A stretch of 63,091 nucleotides of DNA, counting the filler, from Choristocarpus tenellus KU-1152 (Eukaryota; Protista; Phaeophyceae), in assembly GCA_964200185.2 (NCBI GenBank). It is 12 parts of 12 records of this genome, joined end to end, with 100 filler letters (N's around TTAATTAATTAA, not from the genome) between each part and the next. Parts side by side here need not be neighbours in the genome. Positions count along the whole stretch, not along the records: positions 47,383 to 55,091 come from CAXNAD020005711.1; positions 55,192 to 58,777 come from CAXNAD020019096.1; positions 58,878 to 63,091 come from CAXNAD020015652.1; 9 more parts are not named here. One strand, given 5' to 3'. The notes under the pieces were generated by a model. That model had not been told where the DNA came from. It saw only the letters and a program-made list of their open reading frames with translations, and made no database searches. The first letter of the stretch is position 1. Every line of letters begins with the position of its first letter. Below, in pieces: positions 52,469 to 63,091 of the stretch. The position numbers and the translations under genes are program-made.

Positions 52469-54863
52469 TCCATTCATTCTCACGGAAGATCCTTCACTGG
52501 AATCATGGACTCTTAACATGGAACCTCAATCGGTATAACATCATAACGGAATATCACATATGACAATAACAGTATAATAATAGACAAATCTGCTTTTCAC
52601 ACCAGGAGGATATTTTTGGGATGGATGAAGTGTTGTTTAAATTTGTGTGCGCGCTTTCTTTAATAATGTTGAGGAACAAAATTGCGTAGCTGGGTACCAC
52701 TATTTGTTCTTCTTAACTTAATTTGTAAGAGGCCACACTAATGTATGAAGGAAGATAATAGTATTACCTATTGCTACAAGCAAAGCGACGGACATTTACG
52801 ACTATCGTCAGACACCCCTGCCCTTCCACCTGTAGTCGAACCATTTTGTCAACCATTTTATAAACAATGGATGACCCAAAAAGTGGTTTGATTTTATGGA
52901 GCCTAACGAGGCCATGGCTTGTAATGCTTTCATCAGCTTAAGATTTCCTGCTAGTTACATTTAAGCTCAAAGTTACGCACGGATCCCACAGTCACAGCAT
53001 GTACATATATTTGGGTCAATTGAATCTGCCCCAGAAGGCATAGACACCCTCCACCTCAGCCCACCCCTCCTACCCAAGCACAACCCCCACTGCCCCTCTC
53101 CTCCTGGTGATCCTGGACCAGCGTGTCTGCTAGGTGGTGAAGCTTCTATTTTTCCCCAAGCATAATCCGCACAGCCTCACACAGGAGTGCTTGACAGGAT
53201 TACACTTCAACAGCATTGTCATAACAGGTTGATCTGAGTGCGCGAAATTGTTAGGGTGGGTGGAATACTGGAGAAAAGCACAAAAACAAAAGTGACATAA
53301 CATGGAAGCGGTTCACTTTCCAGAACACAGATATTTGTAGTCATCACTAGACATGATGTGGTGGATATTTTTAGCACCCGCCCTTCACTTCAATGTTTAG
53401 CTGAAAAATATTTGTGAAACATTAGTTCGGGGATGGTTAACCCAGATTGTGATTTGTTTGATTGCTGTCAGGCAGGGCCTAACCTGTGATGCCTTCATCA
53501 CTAGTTGAGAAATCCCTTTTAGCCATTTTGAAGGTCAAAAGTTATGAAAGACCCCACACCTACACATGTGCATTTAGCTCAATCACCAAATTTTCCATGA
53601 GCAGGTACAGGCCCTCCCTGGCACAGCCTACTGCTTCTACCCAGGCCCATTCCTCCTGATGCTGCCGGAGCACCGTCCATGGCAATTAGGTGAAGTAACT
53701 TTTCTGCTTCGTCAGGCATGGACCACACAACCCCCCCTCTATGCATTTCCTCCTGATTATGCTAGTGCACAGTTGTTGTTGGTTAGTGACTTACATTCTC
53801 TTTCTCCTCTTTTCCCCCCACCCAAACCCCCACATGTTTACTCACTCACACATTCCCAATGATCCATTCCTCCTGGACCTGGGGGAGCAAAGTGGGTACA
53901 AACTAGCTGAGCTTCCCCTCATCTTCACCCTCCCGAATACAACTCCCTGTTAACCAACCAACACACAGTATTGCACCCATCTTGCCCATAAAAGTTTGGC
54001 AGTAACCCAGTGCAGTTGCCACAAGACACTAGAGTACCTATAGGATTATTACTCAACAGCATTGTCATAACATGTTCGTCTGAATACATACAGCTATGTA
54101 GCGCGGTGTAATTATGCTGAAAAAGCGTACAGAAATTATTATCACTTGAGGTTCAGGGATAAAGCACATAAGAGCTAGTTGGAAGGAACGCCCAGGAGGG
54201 AAAGAAAGGGGGCCATCATCTTACACTCTTCTGAGGAACTGACATGAACATAACACAAATATGGTGCAAAACACACTACCAACTGGGTCCACCCACATAC
54301 ACCTTGAACAAAACCTGACTTTTCCCATCTCGATTGGCAAGAAATAGGTTACAAAAGTAGTTTAGGTGGGGACGAATTGCCTAAACATCCCACAATAAAT
54401 TAGACTCAATGTACTGGGAACAATGAGTGCAAACGGAGGGGAAAATAGTACCAAAGTGTCAACAAATTGTTTGCTGAGAATACGAGTGTATGAAATAGTA
54501 CAAAAGTATACTGTATGAAAGAAAGTGTGTAGATGAAAAGTGGAAGGGTCACGCAGCTCGCCATCGTGTGATGTTGGTCATGATATAATCATACCACCTC
54601 TCTCTCCCTTTCCTCTATAATTGTCACAGGATAGAAAGAGGATTGCACCAGTTGTTACTGTTGTGTATTACGGGGCATGAGCAAGGCAGAGCAGTGGAAG
54701 AGAGAAGAGAGAGAGAAGAGAGAGAGCAGAGAACAAAATTTGGTATGAAGGTCCTCTGAGTAGCATGATGAAAGGGTGAGAGGTTGAACTGTAGATGACA
54801 CACTACTACCATTCTAAATCGTACAACTGGCATCATACAGAAACAAACTATGCTATATCTGAA

Positions 54864-55048
54864 GGCTTAAAGTATCTGGGAGGGGGTGGCAGCTGTCCAT
54901 TTGGGGCCAATTTTTTCCATGTCAAAATTTTTGGGTGATTTGGTTGCATACGTCAGATGGATAATGTAAATGCACCTTTCCTGGTTATGGTCCAAATGAA
55001 CGCCCTGGTGCAGACCCCCCCTCCCCTCCCTCCCCGATACTTTGGGTC
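54864..55048 (+). mobile_element. MITE family B, full-length, perfect 4-bp TSD TGAA
   Basis: TGAA|GGCTTAAAGTATCTGGG...CGATACTTTGGGTC|TGAA. Confidence 0.9.
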
Positions 55049-55191
55049 TGAACCCCCCGAACTATTTGCCACAAACATTCGTTAGTTCATANNNNNNNNN
55101 NNNNNNNNNNNNNNNNNNNNNNNNNNNNNNNNNNNTTAATTAATTAANNNNNNNNNNNNNNNNNNNNNNNNNNNNNNNNNNNNNNNNNNNN

Positions 55192-58135
55192 CCGTGACAG
55201 GTCCCGAGCAAGCGAATCGGCACGGCTCTTGACAGAATTACGCTGCGCAGTGATCTGCAAAACCTGGTCAGATTTGGCCTGTAATATATACCCATGATAG
55301 TGCATCCAAGATGTATTGGAGTGCAATGAGAAAGGTTCAGCCAGGTGTAGTATGAACGGGGGAGGAGTCGAGCGGGGTGGGGGGTTGGGAAAGGGGGGAG
55401 GAACCCAGAGTTAAAAGGTTCGTGACATAGGGGGAGGGTTCAGGTCAGGCATATATAGCTAACGTTGGCTTGTGATGGATATACATATATATAATTTCCT
55501 CATGATGAATGCCACCTATCACTGCTCCTCAACAGTCGTGGTATATTGCTATCAAGGGCTCAAGAAGGATTGTCTTGCTGTCGACTCAAGGGCCAGGCAA
55601 ACCATCACGCAACCAACCTTTTTACCTCACTCAAAAACAAAACCTTAACTTGAGTCAATTGCATGTACCCTCTCCATGCTCCATCATTGCAAACAGTCTC
55701 ACACTGGCATAGAGTGGTACCATTTAAGATGAGGGGGTATTGCTGATTTCAAGGGTCTCTCTATGACTTGCCATATAGTTCATGCATCTCAATCACTCTC
55801 ATGGCTAAGAATAATATTTACAGGTAATCTTCTCTTATACAACCACACCCTCCAAAGGGGGGTTAACTGCATTTCCAGCATGGGCATGGTGTACATTACG
55901 CAAAATCCAAAGAGTTCTGAAGACAAAAACAAGAGGGTCAAGATCAACTCCCCTATCACCCTAACCCTATCAGATAGTTCTACTCGTAAAGAGTCACTGC
56001 CAACACCAAACCTGGCCTCTCCCCCATTTACAAACACCCCTACCTCCAATTCCGCTCTGGCCTGTGCAGCATCCCCTTGTGCAGTCGTGACTGCTGCCTC
56101 TGCCCCTGCCAGCAACTCCTCCAGAGCCTTGAGCCGGGCAGCTGCATCCTCCCCCTGCCCCTTAAACGCCTCTACCGTTGCCAGTAGATCTGAAACCTTC
56201 AACGACAGGGACTCTGCCTCGGATGCCTGTACACAGAATCCCATAAAGTAGGTTGGTGGAGTGGGTCAATCAGGGTTGCAGTATAGATGATAAGTGCTAT
56301 GACTAATCAAGAGAATTGTTACGGTAGTGACATTTGTCAAAAATATGACATCACTAGTGGAAAATATCCTGGGTTTGTTCACCGTACTGCTAACTTCAGA
56401 TGTTTTTGGTGGACATGTGTCTAGAATTTTCTGGAATTAATCAGCTGCACGCCCTGATAAGGCGTATTACAAAAAAAAAAAACTGGAACGGAGTGGAGGG
56501 AGGGTCGAGAATTGGGTGGGGTGGGAGCTTGCCTTACACAAACAACACTAACAAAGTACTCTCTCTATTTCTGTGGCATGCAATGTTCTGCGCCCAACAG
56601 CAATACTTCAAGGATCAGATTTCCAGGTGCTAAGAAATGTAACTGTAATGTAACTGGCAAAATATGCCAATGTACCTTCGAAGAGACACATACTCTTATG
56701 TGTTTAACCCAACAGCGGCGTAGGTAGGTATTGTCAAACTTCAAACCGAACCCCTTCCGTGGCAAGAGGATCGTATGAATGTAACACAACATTCCAAGAC
56801 CCTGTGCAACAACCAGTTCTGGACCCTCGAGTGCTTCGCCTCTGATCAACCGCTCTTTGAAAAGAACCAATACAACGGAATAACAAAAAAAACTTCTGGC
56901 ACAGACAAACTGTGAATCCAGGGACTGCACCGGCTCTGTCGAACATTCCCAAATCGGGAAACTGCATCCTGGAAAACAATCACCCATCATCCACCAAGCA
57001 TATAAAAAAGCACGAATTGACAAAAAAACTCCATGCAATAATAAGAGAGGCACTGCAACCGAGCCTCAAGGAATGTGGGACCTCAATACAGCTCTTGGGC
57101 TTCAACAAAAAAACAGTACATCCTAACAATTGGTGACTCCTCTTCCCCTGCCATTCCCACAGCACTCAGCAGAGCTCAGATCACAAAAACATTTCCTACC
57201 TCACCCTTCCTCACCTGCCAAAAAAGTTGTCCCAATCGCAGAAGCAGAAAAGACATACGTATATATATATATACATATTTTTTCTTCTACTTCACCATGC
57301 AGTGGTAGGGCTTTAAGTGACCAGGAAGGCGAGATGAAGTAATAACAATACCAACATCACTCAAGCACGTGACTCAACATATTCCCATTATCACGCTCAC
57401 CCTCGCTTGGAGAATCCCATATCCCTCCTCCAACTCCTTGGTCCTCGCCTCTCCTTCACGTAATGTTGACAAGAGGGCAGCTGCATGGGACTCACCTGTG
57501 GCCACCTCTTTTTCCAGGCGGAGCTTCTCCTCTTCAAGTGACTTCCCCACACGTTTAACAAGAGTCATGGAAAAAGCAAAACGGAGAGGTAAAATCAGGC
57601 AATCTATTCAAGTCATACACAGCAAAAAGGTTACGTATGTTAGGGTTAGGGTTAGGGTTAGGGTCAGAATTGAGGTGAACTATCTACGAGAGAGTGGGAC
57701 AAAAGACAGTGGGCATGGCTTTCAAGTCCAACCTTGTCTCATGCGGGTATATTCACAACATCTTTTTTTCAAGACTCGATCAAAAATAATCTGACAACAT
57801 ACATCAGAGTGCTCCCCACGCGACCACTACCCACTACCCACTACCCACTATCCCATACGAATATAATAGTCCTACACCCAACCCCCCCTATCATGTGTCA
57901 GATGCCACTCCACATCTCTGAGCACTCACAGACACCTCCAGAATACCTTTCTATTCTTCTTCTTCTTCTTCTTATTATTATTATTATCCCTTTTACAATA
58001 GACAATCTTCACCCCTCTCACCGCCACCCTATTTGTCAAGACTGCTGCCCTGGCCCTGGTCTGATCCAGTTCACGCCCTGCCTTCATGCCACGACTAGAA
58101 CTCTCTGACAGTGAAGCAACCTCTGCCTGGCTTTC
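55192..58135 (-). CDS. Four internal exons of a long coiled-coil protein: 58135-58022, 57541-57401, 56226-56044, 55278 to contig edge
   Basis: All phase 0 with GT-AG boundaries; heptad-like peptides SLEEEKLRLEKEV, ARLKALEELLAGAEAA, QRNSVKSRADSLARDLSR. Confidence 0.7.
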
Positions 58136-58709
58136 CTAAAACAATTTGCAGCAAAGGAAACCACACACACACACATTTCATGAGAGGCCACAGTAGTTCC
58201 ATGAAACTGCCAGTTCACCCAAGAACAGGTATTTCAATGAGGGTACAAGTGGGGGTTGCAGGTGAAGGCGTGATGCAGGAGGACGAACACCTCATGGCAG
58301 CAGTCCAACAGTAGCAGGCCCAGGGTTGGTATAAGAGCTCAGTAGGTATGGTCGTTAAATGTGACAGGCAGCATTTGGATGGGGAGGGGTTGGTGCAAAG
58401 AGTGCGGCAGGATTTTGGGGCGAGGACGAATCATGGATGGGAACCAGAGGGATTGAGAGCAAAAAAAACACTCCTGCATTTTCTTAGTACTAGTGATGGC
58501 GTCGACAGGTCAAACTCTACCTCAAAATTTTATAAAAAAAACACCTCAGGAGAGGCAACAACCTTTAATATAGAGCACCGCAACAGATAGACGAGATAAA
58601 TGACTATAGCCTGAAGTGCAAAACCATGTATTCCTTATTTTATTTCAACAGCAAAAAAACACTCACCAAGATGACCAAATAATACAATATCAATCACAAA
58701 TAACCCAAC

Positions 58710-58777
<68 letters not shown>

Positions 58778-58997
58778 NNNNNNNNNNNNNNNNNNNNNNN
58801 NNNNNNNNNNNNNNNNNNNNNTTAATTAATTAANNNNNNNNNNNNNNNNNNNNNNNNNNNNNNNNNNNNNNNNNNNNCCCCCCCAGATACTTTGGGTCAA
58901 ACGATACTGTGACGAGAGTGATCGCTACCACCCTCCTCCTTTGCCACCCCCCAAATTTCTCTGCTGTCACTGACACAATTAACTTCCATCCAAACAG

Positions 58998-59625
58998 GTA
59001 TGTCAAGAAAATCGAGAAGCTCCAGATCCAGCTAGAAGGGATGATGTATGAGAAGGATAAGATCGCATACCAATGGGCCAATGCCAAGAGGGTACGACAT
59101 CGAATCGAAAAGTACCGATCAGATTATAGTGACTGTTGTGCTGCCTAGCGGTGGTACTTCTTGTTGGTTACTTTCAACTTTCGAGAGGAAAAGTTCTTGT
59201 AACGTTCTTGTAACATTATTGTAACGTTCTTGTAACATTCTTGTTGGTTGCTCAAGAAGTGTTGCCGTTAGGACGAGAACTGTGGGTTTGATTCATATCA
59301 AAGTGTTGTGTCTCTTTCAAGGGACAGCAGGTCCTCTTCTTTGTGAAGAGCTGTGCACTTAATTCATCTCACCGCTGCGACATGCACAGGTAGTAGTACC
59401 TTATGCGCGCCCATTGTGCCTTCTCCCCTTCTCATCAAGTCAATCTTTTTCTCTGTCATCCCCCTGCTACAACAACATTTATGCTCTGACTGCGGAAATA
59501 ACATACAGGAGAAAGACAAGGTGGCTGTGGATGACAGAAATGCTGGGCGGTTAGCCCTTGCGGTTCAAGTCAAATCAAAGATGAAAAAATCAAAGAATGT
59601 AGAAGGGACGAGGGCACAACAACAG
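58998..59625 (+). CDS. Two internal exons (58998-59091, 59509-59625) of an unknown protein
   Basis: CAG acceptors, GTACGA and GTGAGG donors; in-frame peptide YVKKIEKLQIQLEGMMYEKDKIAYQWANAKR / EKDKVAVDDRNAGRLALAVQVKSK... Confidence 0.6.
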
Positions 59626-60030
59626 GTGAGGAGGAGTTTGCAGTCCTTCTGTACTCCAATATAGCATATACTTGTACCAGAGTAGGTGTAAAAAGTAAGA
59701 TTGATGAGGTAGGTGGGGGACTTTGCAGGCCCAATGCATCCCATTGGCTTCACGTGATATATAGACAATTCCATTGGTTCAAAATGCTGCTTTGTTTCGT
59801 TTGCTGCCCCCTGCCCCTCGATTCGACCTTGATCTTGGCCTCGTGAAGCGTTGTTTTGGGGGGGAACAAAAATGCACAGACCCTTAACCAACTACTTTCT
59901 GTGCTTCAAATTTAACAATAAATAAATCAAAAAATTGTCCTCTCGGCAAGAAGAAGATGGAAGAGCCAGTGCGTGTTGTCTGATGATGGGGGAGCTTGGC
60001 TCATAGTTGGTCAAAGAGATGTAACCACAT

Positions 60031-60070
<40 letters not shown>

Positions 60071-60152
60071 GGTTCTCCTGCAAGCTTGGCATTGCTCAAT
60101 AGCATGCATTCTGCTGTTTCATTGAAACCAAAACGTTTGTTGAGTCAGACTA

Positions 60153-60410
60153 AACGAGAGGTACCCAGAGTAGCATTTTATCGATGCTGATGAATACTTC
60201 AAGTACATGCAAAAATTTTTGTATAGGATTTTTTTTCTAAATTTTGTCAAGATCAACCCTAACCCTAAGATTTTTCAAAAAATGGAGAAAAAAGTACTCT
60301 CAGAGTCAGACTTAGCACTTCATCCACAGAAATTGTAATACGGGTGAATTGAAAAAGATTGAAACACTGGCTTAAAATGCAGAACAGTCAAAAACTAGGT
60401 ACCTCTCATT
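60153..60410. mobile_element. Mariner-derived (Stowaway-like) MITE, 258 bp, TA TSD
   Basis: TA|AACGAGAGGTACC...GGTACCTCTCATT|TA; the first ~38 nt are the reverse complement of the mariner terminus at 14800-14837. Confidence 0.85.
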
Positions 60411-60611
60411 TACTTCAGCCCTGTTGTACCTAGTGAGGAGCAGAGAAGGACAGGAACGGTCCGCAAGAAGACTGGTGGGATGGCTGTGTCCACGAACAGC
60501 ATGACTGGGGAGTTTTTGAGGGAAGCACATGGAATAGCGTAGTTGGTTGTATTTGTCCGAATGACCAGTGAACACAAGTTTGTATCGGTACAATAAGTGA
60601 AGGAGGTGCCA

Positions 60612-60869
60612 GAGCCAAAGTATCTCAGAGGGTAGGGCCGCGTCCATTTGGGGGCCAAAATCCAATGTTACGATTTTGATGTAGTTTTGGCTATTGTGTT
60701 TGTTAGGAAGTGTCAATATTCTTGTTCGGACACACTTTTTTATAATGTATACATTTTACCTACTCCAAAACATTTCGGAGTAGGATAATGTCTTAAGAAA
60801 ATCCATGGGAAGCCAAGCCCCATACGGACAAACAGGGCAAAGCTCGTACACTCTAAGATACTTTCACTC
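60612..60869 (-). mobile_element. MITE family A, full-length, reverse orientation
   Basis: GAGCCAAAGTATCTCAGAGGG...CTCTAAGATACTTTCACTC. Confidence 0.9.
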
Positions 60870-62924
60870 ACTAACAAGACTATCTGTTGCATTTGTACAC
60901 CATTGCCACCCTCCTGTTTAACACAATCTGTCCAGGAGTACCTATGATTCTGAACTGACTATTTCGATTAAGACAGTGATCATATCGTCCTCTCTGATGA
61001 GTTGATCCATTTGATAAGTGTAAAAGCAGGCCATTATCAACAAAAAAAACTCCCAAATGATGTCATTGTTATGCCACCATATCTTCTGCTGGATCACCGG
61101 TCAGGAAAATAACTATAAGAAAAGTCTGCTAATGTCCAGGAAGGAGAAGGAGAACGAGAACGAGGCATAGAGTTTTGAGGAGCAAGGGGGGGTGGACACA
61201 CTAAACCTGGATGCCTAAAAGTAATGGAACCATACGTGTAATGTTGTAAGAGTGGTGTACTCTTTGTGGAGGCGGTGTTCTTCAAAAACAATTGACTACT
61301 GCACTTTCCCATGTGACCACTGTCGCATCCTCTGGCTAGATTTCAGCAGGACAGCTTCGACAACATAAGGTACATAATGACATGGAAAAAAAAATAGAGC
61401 CTACAAGTGTACTGACAGAGACACTCCAACGAGCTGCACGACAGCACACTATAGGGGGGAGCGATATTGCTCTTTACAGTTTTGTGCACAAAATTGATTG
61501 ATGGATGGACTTGTTATGTCTATGTAGGAACTTGCAACTCAAAGAGGAAATGTGGATAGGAGTATTTGAGTATCACACCAGGATAGCAAAACGCCTTGAA
61601 CCATATAAACTTACCTTAATAACACATTCTGTGTTGGCATATCATAGGACAGCTGAGTCATGAAACCTCTTTTCCTCCCTCGCGTTTACAGATCCTATAT
61701 TGTAGGCAGCTCATCTATCACAGTAATACCTAACACACATAGCAAAAAAAGTGGTCACGGATAAGGTGACCTACTTCCAAACAGGTCGCCCCACTAGCTC
61801 TCACGAAACTGGTCACAGTCACAAATACTCAAAGGAGTAACCGTCAGATACGAATTCCGAAAGTAATTAGGAGTGTAGAATCTGAAACACATTACTTATT
61901 CTTACATGCCGTACAAAATGGTCCGTATTTACCACCTTCATGTGTCTATCATACCTAGTCGACCCACACTCGGCAACCCTTCCCTCTACTGTACAACCCT
62001 AACCACCAGGAAAGCGGTCGGTAATTGTGTGGCACGAATTCGTATGGTTGACTGGCTCAATGTTGCAGTGCTGAGTATATCCTGTTGTTATTGCTCTGTT
62101 TTTGGTATTAATTCCTCTGGATAGATGACACGGAGAACTAGTGGGCCTGCTGATGAAATTAAGTACACACTGATGTAGACCTGCTTTCACCACATACTTA
62201 TTATACCATCAAAATACTCTATATAGGTACTCATCCTTTGTCGGGAGGAAATAGATAGATAGACGGGTCTAGAAATATTCTCAAAGGAAAACGCGAACAT
62301 TCAGATGACTCGTTGGGGAGAATGCACGACTAGTGGGGCGATGGCCCACAGATTAAGCTGGGAAGATTATAGGCCGTTTGATTTTTGTCAAAAATTGATA
62401 TACTGTTGCACCAACGCAAACAGTCTGTGACCCGACTTTCAGCCCTAGTGAAACAGTGGTATCTCAATCATCCTTTGACATCCTTCACGATGGGTAACTC
62501 TGGATATGTTGCAGGTCGTATGAAGCGCTCTGGAGAGTGATTCCAAGTACTAATGAATATAGTGATTCTCCTCGTTAGTTTCCACAATACACTTCGTCCT
62601 ATGAATGTGCAAAGGCAGATACAAAATCAACAACTACCTCCTCCTTGTCTAATTCTGATAGAAGAGCATAGACTCCATGGAGTTTGTAGGGAATGGTCAA
62701 AGAGCAAACCATGTGGTTTCAGATTCCCTGGTCTAGTGGGCATGCGTGGTTTGTCAGTGTTTTCAAGGTCAGTGCCCCATCCAAAATGATCTTGTCATTG
62801 TTCGAGGAGGGGATCTAAAAGGAGGACAGTAGTAAGCCCATATTCTTGGATACTAAGAACTTCGCCCGCGTGTCTAGTAGCAGGGGGGTGGAGTATAGAC
62901 GTAGTGTTGTATCAGGGAATGCTT

Positions 62925-63091
62925 GGGTCAAAGTATCTGGGGAGGGGTGTCGGCGTCCGTTTTTCACCATTTTTTCGATTTTAACTTTTTTGGTGTGATT
63001 TGGTCGCACGTCTCAGATTTGAAATGTCAACAAAAAAAAGAGTTGTTTGACCGAAACAGACGCCCCCTCACAAAGGACAACACCACCCCCA
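62925..63091 (+). mobile_element. MITE family B-related copy, cut by window end
   Basis: GGGTCAAAGTATCTGGGG...GGTGTGATTTGGTCGCACGTC. Further B-type termini at 3689, 3806-3840, 32490, 43954 and 58878-58898. Confidence 0.7.

Noticed and set aside
56732-57129. Possible solo LTR (TG...CA) in an intron
   Set aside because: No target-site duplication and no second copy in the window.
3706-58877. Recurrent TTAATTAATTAA motif as a biological element
   Set aside because: It is always centred in 44+44 Ns, so it is a synthetic six-frame-stop scaffold linker.
1-63091. Fanzor/TnpB, viral (NCLDV/Polinton) or prokaryotic defence genes
   Set aside because: No RuvC DPG/E/RD-NA motif series, capsid, polymerase or operon-like structure seen in any frame I could read.

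Overview
This is eukaryotic nuclear DNA. My inference is an intron-rich stramenopile, probably a brown alga, based on TTAGGG repeats, short exons separated by 0.2-2 kb GT-AG introns, and plant/oomycete-type mariner elements. The window is not one locus: it is 12 contigs joined by an artificial 100-nt linker (44 N + TTAATTAATTAA + 44 N), so adjacency across linkers means nothing. Host genes reconstructed by hand from spliced exons: the 3' end of RFC4 (with a GC-AG intron), part of an OSCA/TMEM63 (CSC1-like) channel, a complete 4-exon Pro-rich/PX/EH/C-terminal-NPF protein, two PP2C exons, and several coiled-coil or unknown gene fragments. Mobile DNA dominates. It includes an 8-exon Sola-like DDD transposase gene with two 1-nt frameshifts, and two MITE families that share AAAGTATCT terminal repeats, a GTCCATTTGGG subterminal motif and 4-bp TSDs. 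There are also two decayed mariner-like elements (one retaining a DD40D triad) with a matching TA-flanked MITE, a piggyBac-type foldback element, an RLE-type non-LTR retroelement remnant, minisatellites and interstitial telomeric repeats. Most ORFs in the supplied track are spurious. All family assignments are from recalled motifs; no database search was run.
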